Source: Octopus bimaculoides
Taxonomy: Eukaryota
Reading direction: 5' to 3'
DNA: 41,881 nt
Assembly: GCF_001194135.2 (NCBI RefSeq)
Contig: NC_069002.1
Location: forward strand, 4,497,743 to 4,539,623
A program made the position numbers and the translations under genes. Positions 36,634 through 41,881 of the stretch are shown here, one piece after another (within the stretch, counting starts at the first letter, position 1; the number at the start of each line of letters is the position of its first letter). The notes below the pieces were generated by a model, which was given only the letters and a program-made list of their open reading frames with translations, was not told the origin of the DNA and did no database searches.

Positions 36634-37187
36634 ATATATNNNNNNNNNNNNNNNNNNNNNNNNNNNNNNNNNNNNNNNNNNNNNNNNNNNNNNNNNNNNN
36701 NNNNNNNNNNNNNNNNNNNNNNNNNNNNNNNNNNNNNNNNNNNNNNNNNNNNNNNNNNNNNNNNNNNNNNNNNNNNNNNNNNNNNNNNNNNNNNNNNNNN
36801 NNNNNNNNNNNNNNNNNNNNNNNNNNNNNNNNNNNNNNNNNNNNNNNNNNNNNNNNNNNNNNNNNNNNNNNNNNNNNNNNNNNNNNNNNNNNNNNNNNNN
36901 NNNNNNNNNNNNNNNNNNNNNNNNNNNNNNNNNNNNNNNNNNNNNNNNNNNNNNNNNNNNNNNNNNNNNNNNNNNNNNNNNNNNNNNNNNNNNNNNNNNN
37001 NNNNNNNNNNNNNNNNNNNNNNNNNNNNNNNNNNNNNNNNNNNNNNNNNNNNNNNNNNNNNNNNNNNNNNNNNNNNNNNNNNNNNNNNNNNNNNNNNNNN
37101 NNNNNNNNNNNNNNNNNNNNNNNNNNNNNNNNNNNNNNNNNNNNNNNNNNNNNNNNNNNNNNNNNNNNNNNNNNNNNNNNNNNNNNN

Positions 37188-37220
<33 letters not shown>

Positions 37221-37623
37221 CACACATATAAATGTGCATATACATATATATAGACACACACACACATATATATATATACATACATATACACATTCACACA
37301 CGCATATATATATTATATGTTTGATATATAATATATAAATATATAAATATATTCACACACACAGATATATACATATATTTATATATACACACACAAACGT
37401 ACATATTTATTGTGTGCGTGCGCATGTGTGTGTGCGCATGTGTGTGTGCGCATGTGTGTGTGCGCGTACGTGTAAATTAATAGTTGAATTTAAACTGCAA
37501 GGTATCCGTTACAGCTTTTACAATGCCATGCAATTTTATCCTTGCAGTGAATAAACATTCAAAATGTCTGCAGCACAGGTTTTATCTCATGTAAGCATAA
37601 AGAAGGATTGGTCTGATTTCTGC

Positions 37624-37676
<53 letters not shown>

Positions 37677-38058
37677 CGTGGTTGTTTGTTGGTGTCAGTG
37701 TTTGCGCATNNNNNNNNNNGTGTGTGTGTGTGTGTGTGCGTGGTTGTTTGTTGGTGTCAGTGTTTGCGCATATTCGTCTGTGTGTACGTACGTATGTATG
37801 TGCGTATATTTGTGCATACGTATGCATGTAAATTTATTGAAGGTTATTTCGTGTTTTTAATTTTGACACGAGAAAGTAATTTAAACGAACTATTTTAATT
37901 CGCCACACCACATGACCCTTTTAACACGATTTTCGGCCAATCGCGACAAACTAATTTATATAGAACATTTGTTAATTTTGGCGCGTTAATCTTATGTCGT
38001 ATTAGAAGTTTTGTGATCCGATTCGAGATAAGAAAATAAGTCGCGTATTTCCACATTT

Positions 38059-38131
38059 TGTCCGAGATCGTTCCAGTGCAGACCGACAATATGTCCGAGA
38101 TCGTTCCAGTGCAGACCGACAATATGTCCGA
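38059..38131. repeat. Perfect 33-bp tandem duplication (2.2 units)
   Basis: tgtccgagatcgttccagtgcagaccgacaata at 38059-38091 and 38092-38124, plus tgtccga at 38125-38131. Confidence 0.95.
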
Positions 38132-38171
38132 CTGCGAAAAGAGTAAAGACTTTCTCTCTTATACACGGTCC

Positions 38172-38265
<94 letters not shown>

Positions 38266-38713
38266 CACGCACCCTCATATACGTGCGTGTTCGTAGATAC
38301 ATGAAACAACATGCATTCTCATAATTCTTGCCGGCTTTATTTAAAAAACAAACCTTGGACTTGAGAGGGTGTGTCATTGATGGCGTTGCGAAAGGCAACG
38401 ACGAAAGGATTTTCATGAACTTCACTGATTCATTCACTGACCAAAAGATTAATGAAAAATCGATTAGTTAATCGGTTAAGCAAATAAAATTAAAGACGTG
38501 GAATACAATCAGTGCGTGTGTATATTATTGGCATTATGACCCTCCCGTGAAGCAGCAAAACTTTACCTCAGATACTTTTTCTGTATTTCCATGGAAATCT
38601 TTACTTTACTATAATTATCCACTACAATTAATTTATTTCAGCATGATATTCTGTTTTGTTTGTGAAATTTGTGTTTTTGCAGTCACGTGTATGCAGTAAT
38701 CTGCGATGTTGTC

Positions 38714-39054
38714 ATGGACAGGAACAAAGAGCCGACGTGATATTTTGTGTTAAATTTGAGAAGTCTGCTACAGGGCCATTGAGCATGCTTTGGCAAGCTT
38801 ACGGTGACGAAGTAATGGATCGTGTGCAATGCTTCGAGAGGCACGGGCGATTCAAAAGCGAAGAACGTCTCTGGAAGACGATGAGCAAACTGGAAGGCCT
38901 GCCACGAGCCTCATCCACGAAAATGTGGAGAAAATTCCTCCACTTGTGCATGAGGATTATCAGAGGACAATCAAAGACGTTGCTGATGTTGTTGGTCAGT
39001 CGTATGAGTCCGTGTAGGCAATCCTAATGTCTGAATTGAACTTGCGGCGTGTCT
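38714..39054 (+). mobile_element. Mariner-family transposase relic (N-terminal paired HTH region; frameshifts and a stop)
   Basis: Joined frames give EQRADVIFCVKFEKSATGPLSMLWQAYGDEVMDRVQCFERHGRFKS/RTSLEDDEQTGRPATS..ENVEKI..LVHED.QRTIKDVADVVGQSYESV*AILMSELNLRRVS. This matches the mariner pattern EQR..IKFCVK..KSA.ET..ML..AYG...W..RFK.GR.S.EDD.RSGRP. Confidence 0.9.
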
Positions 39055-39058
39055 CAAT

Positions 39059-39137
39059 CTCAATCGCAGGATAATGCTAATAAACTACCCCTATTTTGCA
39101 GAAAAAAGTGTAGGCAGTTAGCTATCCTGCGATTGAG
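39059..39137. mobile_element. 79-bp MITE-like hairpin element with 15-bp TIRs and a candidate AAT target duplication
   Basis: ctcaatcgcaggata (39059-39073) and tatcctgcgattgag (39123-39137) are perfect inverted repeats, and the inner arms pair imperfectly. aat flanks both sides (39056-39058 and 39138-39140). Confidence 0.6.
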
Positions 39138-39246
39138 AATTTAAAATCACTTCCTTAACTTTCTAAGACTCTCAACGCTTCTATAAAAGCAAACTTCGTT
39201 TGTTTGTTTGTTTACGTTTATCGTAATTTGAATTTAACATTATATA

Positions 39247-39300
39247 ATATTCGCCGAGGTCGATTTTGCCTTTAATCCTTTCGGGGTTGATAAATTAAGT
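39247..39300 (+). mobile_element. SINE family A core fragment running into a gap
   Basis: cgccgaggtcgattttgcctttaatcctttcggggttgataaattaagt. Confidence 0.8.
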
Positions 39301-39310
39301 NNNNNNNNNN

Positions 39311-39343
<33 letters not shown>

Positions 39344-39509
39344 ATTGTCTCCGTCTGGTACCAACACAAACTGTCCCACTTTCTCCAAGACCTGTTCGAC
39401 TGTTGCCTTTTAATTCTGACACCATTTTCCATATCACCACATGTTTTGGCTGTCATTGTCTCTTACTGCACTTTTTCATTCCTGCCACTGTTCTTTCAAC
39501 TGCCAATTC

Positions 39510-39540
<31 letters not shown>

Positions 39541-41394
39541 ATCGCTTTCCTTGTTCTTGTTCTTCTTCTTCGTGTACTTATTGCCACTTCTGGTCCTATT
39601 GCCGTTGTTACACTTGCAAATGATCTTATGTGTCATACATTATTGTCAACGGTAACACAATGACAAAACATTATTTAATTCACTTGCCTCTGTGTTCTAG
39701 ATGTTTGGCTGTTGCTGTTGTTGTTGTTGCTGCTGTCGTCGGTGGCGTTCATAGGGTGTTTTCCGTGGTGGTTGTCATAAAGGGGTTGGGGTGGCGGCGG
39801 TCATGAGAGAAAAAGTTTCAGTTCATTTTTTCAATTTCTATCTAATTTTTTTTTATTAATTTTAGTAATTGTTTTGCAATTGCATTTATTATTCTTGTTG
39901 TTGTTGTGGTGGTGTTAATTTTGTTGATGTAAGGCATTTACTGTAAATATATAGCGCACAACACGTGTGTGTGTATATCTCTCTCGCACACACACCCAAT
40001 GTTGTATATATGAATGCGTGTGTGTGTGGAGGGGTATATACACGTGTATGTATAAATATCTATGTATATGTATATATATANNNNNNNNNNNNNNNNNNNN
40101 NNNNNNNNNNNNNNNNNNNNNNNNNNNNNNNNNNNNNNNNNNNNNNNNNNNNNNNNNNNNNNNNNNNNNNNNNNNNNNNNNNNNNNNNNNNNNNNNNNNN
40201 NNNNNNNNNNNNNNNNNNNNNNNNNNNNNNNNNNNNNNNNNNNNNNNNNNNNNNNNNNNNNNNNNNNNNNNNNNNNNNNNNNNNNNNNNNNNNNNNNNNN
40301 NNNNNNNNNNNNNNNNNNNNNNNNNNNNNNNNNNNNNNNNNNNNNNNNNNNNNNNNNNNNNNNNNNNNNNNNNNNNNNNNNNNNNNNNNNNNNNNNNNNN
40401 NNNNNNNNNNNNNNNNNNNNNNNNNNNNNNNNNNNNNNNNNNNNNNNNNNNNNNNNNNNNNNNNNNNNNNNNNNNNNNNNNNNNNNNNNNNNNNNNNNNN
40501 NNNNNNNNNNNNNNNNNNNNNNNNNNNNNNNNNNNNNNNNNNNNNNNNNNNNNNNNNNNNNNNNNNNNNNNNNNNNNNNNNNNNNNNNNNNNNNNNNNNN
40601 NNNNNNNNNNNNNNNNNNNNNNNNNNNNNNNNNNNNNNNNNNNNNNNNNNNNNNNNNNNNNNNNNNNNNNNNNNNNNNNNNNNNNNNNNNNNNNNNNNNN
40701 NNNNNNNNNNNNNNNNNNNNNNNNNNNNNNNNNNNNNNNNNNNNNNNNNNNNNNNNNNNNNNNNNNNNNNNNNNNNNNNNNNNNNNNNNNNNNNNNNNNN
40801 NNNNNNNNNNNNNNNNNNNNNNNNNNNNNNNNNNNNNNNNNNNNNNNNNNNNNNNNNNNNNNNNNNNNNNNNNNNNNNNNNNNNNNNNNNNNNNNNNNNN
40901 NNNNNNNNNNNNNNNNNNNNNNNNNNNNNNNNNNNNNNNNNNNNNNNNNNNNNNNNNNNNNNNNNNNNNNNNNNNNNNNNNNNNNNNNNNNNNNNNNNNN
41001 NNNNNNNNNNNNNNNNNNNNNNNCCTTAGTCTATTGAATAACTTTTTTTCTTTCAATGGAAATCTTATATGAGAATTTGAGTTTATAGTAGAAATGTACG
41101 GAAATAAATTTTGATAGAGCAAAATGTTAAACGCACAGGATAATGTTTTTAAGATGTGAGATTAAAAAATGTGGCCTTATCTTTACTTCTTGGCAGTCTG
41201 ATTTCATTCATTCAAATGTCTAGTTACTTATTTACTTATTTATTTTTTGCTGAAGAAATCCGGTTTTTTTTTTCTGTTTTTCAACTACTTTCAACTTACC
41301 CAACTTTTTTTTTCCATCAGCCATAGTATATTTAGAGGTACACTATCTAATGAAGACGCATATGTAAACGGTTGAGAAGCGTTCGATGCATGAT

Positions 41395-41589
41395 AACGGT
41401 TTCAAATTTTGGCACAAGGCCAGCAGTAGGGGAGAGAGGTCGGGAAAGTCGGTTACATCGGTCCTCCAGTGATCAACGGACGAAAGGTAAAGCCGACCTC
41501 TGTTGCATTTGAACTCAGAAGGTAAAGACGGACGAAGTACCGCTAAGCATTTTGCCTGGTGCTCTAATGATTCTGCTAGTTCACCACCT
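41395..41589 (-). mobile_element. SINE family A, near full length, diverged
   Basis: The reverse complement reads aggtggtgaactagcagaatcattagagcacc...aaatgcttagcggtacttcgtcc...ttctgagttcaaat...ggccttgtgccaaaatttgaaacc. Confidence 0.8.
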
Positions 41590-41599
41590 TGATGATGAC

Positions 41600-41632
<33 letters not shown>

Positions 41633-41634
41633 AA

Positions 41635-41800
41635 GGAATGATAGCAAAAAGGGGCTGATTGCTACCTAGCTCAGATACTAGGAAACCCCAAAATGGCAGA
41701 AATTGAAAAGATAGTGCTCATGGGAACTGCCCATACGTAAAATACTGTCAAAATAATCTCAAATTCTAAAACAAACTCATAATTTTCTTACGTTTTCTTA
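41635..41800 (+). mobile_element. R4/Dong-clade LINE extreme 3' fragment
   Basis: GMIAK/GADCYLAQILGNPKMAEIEKIVLMGTAH/RKILSK* matches the GALG.I.K...QK.VL.GTAHILRK.L C-terminus of REL-type R4/Dong ORFs. It is followed by an AT-rich UTR. Confidence 0.75.
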
Positions 41801-41881
41801 AACATTCTTTAGAACGATGCTTATATATATAAGCATCGTTCTAAAGAATGTTTAAGAAAACGTAAGAAAATTATGAGTTTG
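41772..41881. repeat. Perfect 110-bp spacerless palindrome at the window end
   Basis: Every position pairs about the centre 41826/41827 (…gatgcttatat|atataagcatc…). Confidence 0.97.

Noticed and set aside
37640-37770. Duplicated gtggttgtttgttggtgtcagtgtttgcgcat on both sides of a 10-N gap
   Set aside because: This is the typical unmerged contig overlap with different (GT)n allele lengths, so an assembly artefact.
38059-38131. CRISPR-like 33-bp repeats
   Set aside because: The repeats are directly adjacent with no spacers, there are no cas genes, and the context is eukaryotic.
38376-38410. ttgatgg-cgttgc-gaaag-gcaacg-acgaaa, hammerhead-like
   Set aside because: The core deviates at C3 and A9, and no stem I or III with a valid NUH site can be built.

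Overview
This is eukaryotic, repeat-saturated, apparently non-genic DNA from a short-read draft assembly, with about 16 N-gaps totalling roughly 6 kb. Microsatellite density and the SINE families point to a coleoid cephalopod, most likely Octopus; this is recognition from memory, not a database search. I find no intact host protein-coding gene, and nearly all ORFs in the track are microsatellite or N-run read-through. Supported features are: about 25 SINE copies or fragments in three tRNA-headed families; a 5'-truncated, decayed RTE/BovB-type LINE with a C-terminal C2H2 finger and (CAT)n tail; two R4/Dong-type (REL endonuclease) LINE 3' fragments; a mariner transposase N-terminal relic; and a 79-bp TIR element. 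The most interesting signals are: (i) three Penelope-type minimal type I hammerhead ribozyme motifs from two families, where the two best-preserved copies read CCGA(N)GA instead of CUGA(N)GA; (ii) three rearranged SINE copies, one with a twin-priming-like 5' inversion, that all break at the same small stem-loop of the SINE; (iii) a two-copy tRNA-like Pol III element with an oligo-T terminator; (iv) a perfect 110-bp palindrome at the window end, probably an assembly artefact.
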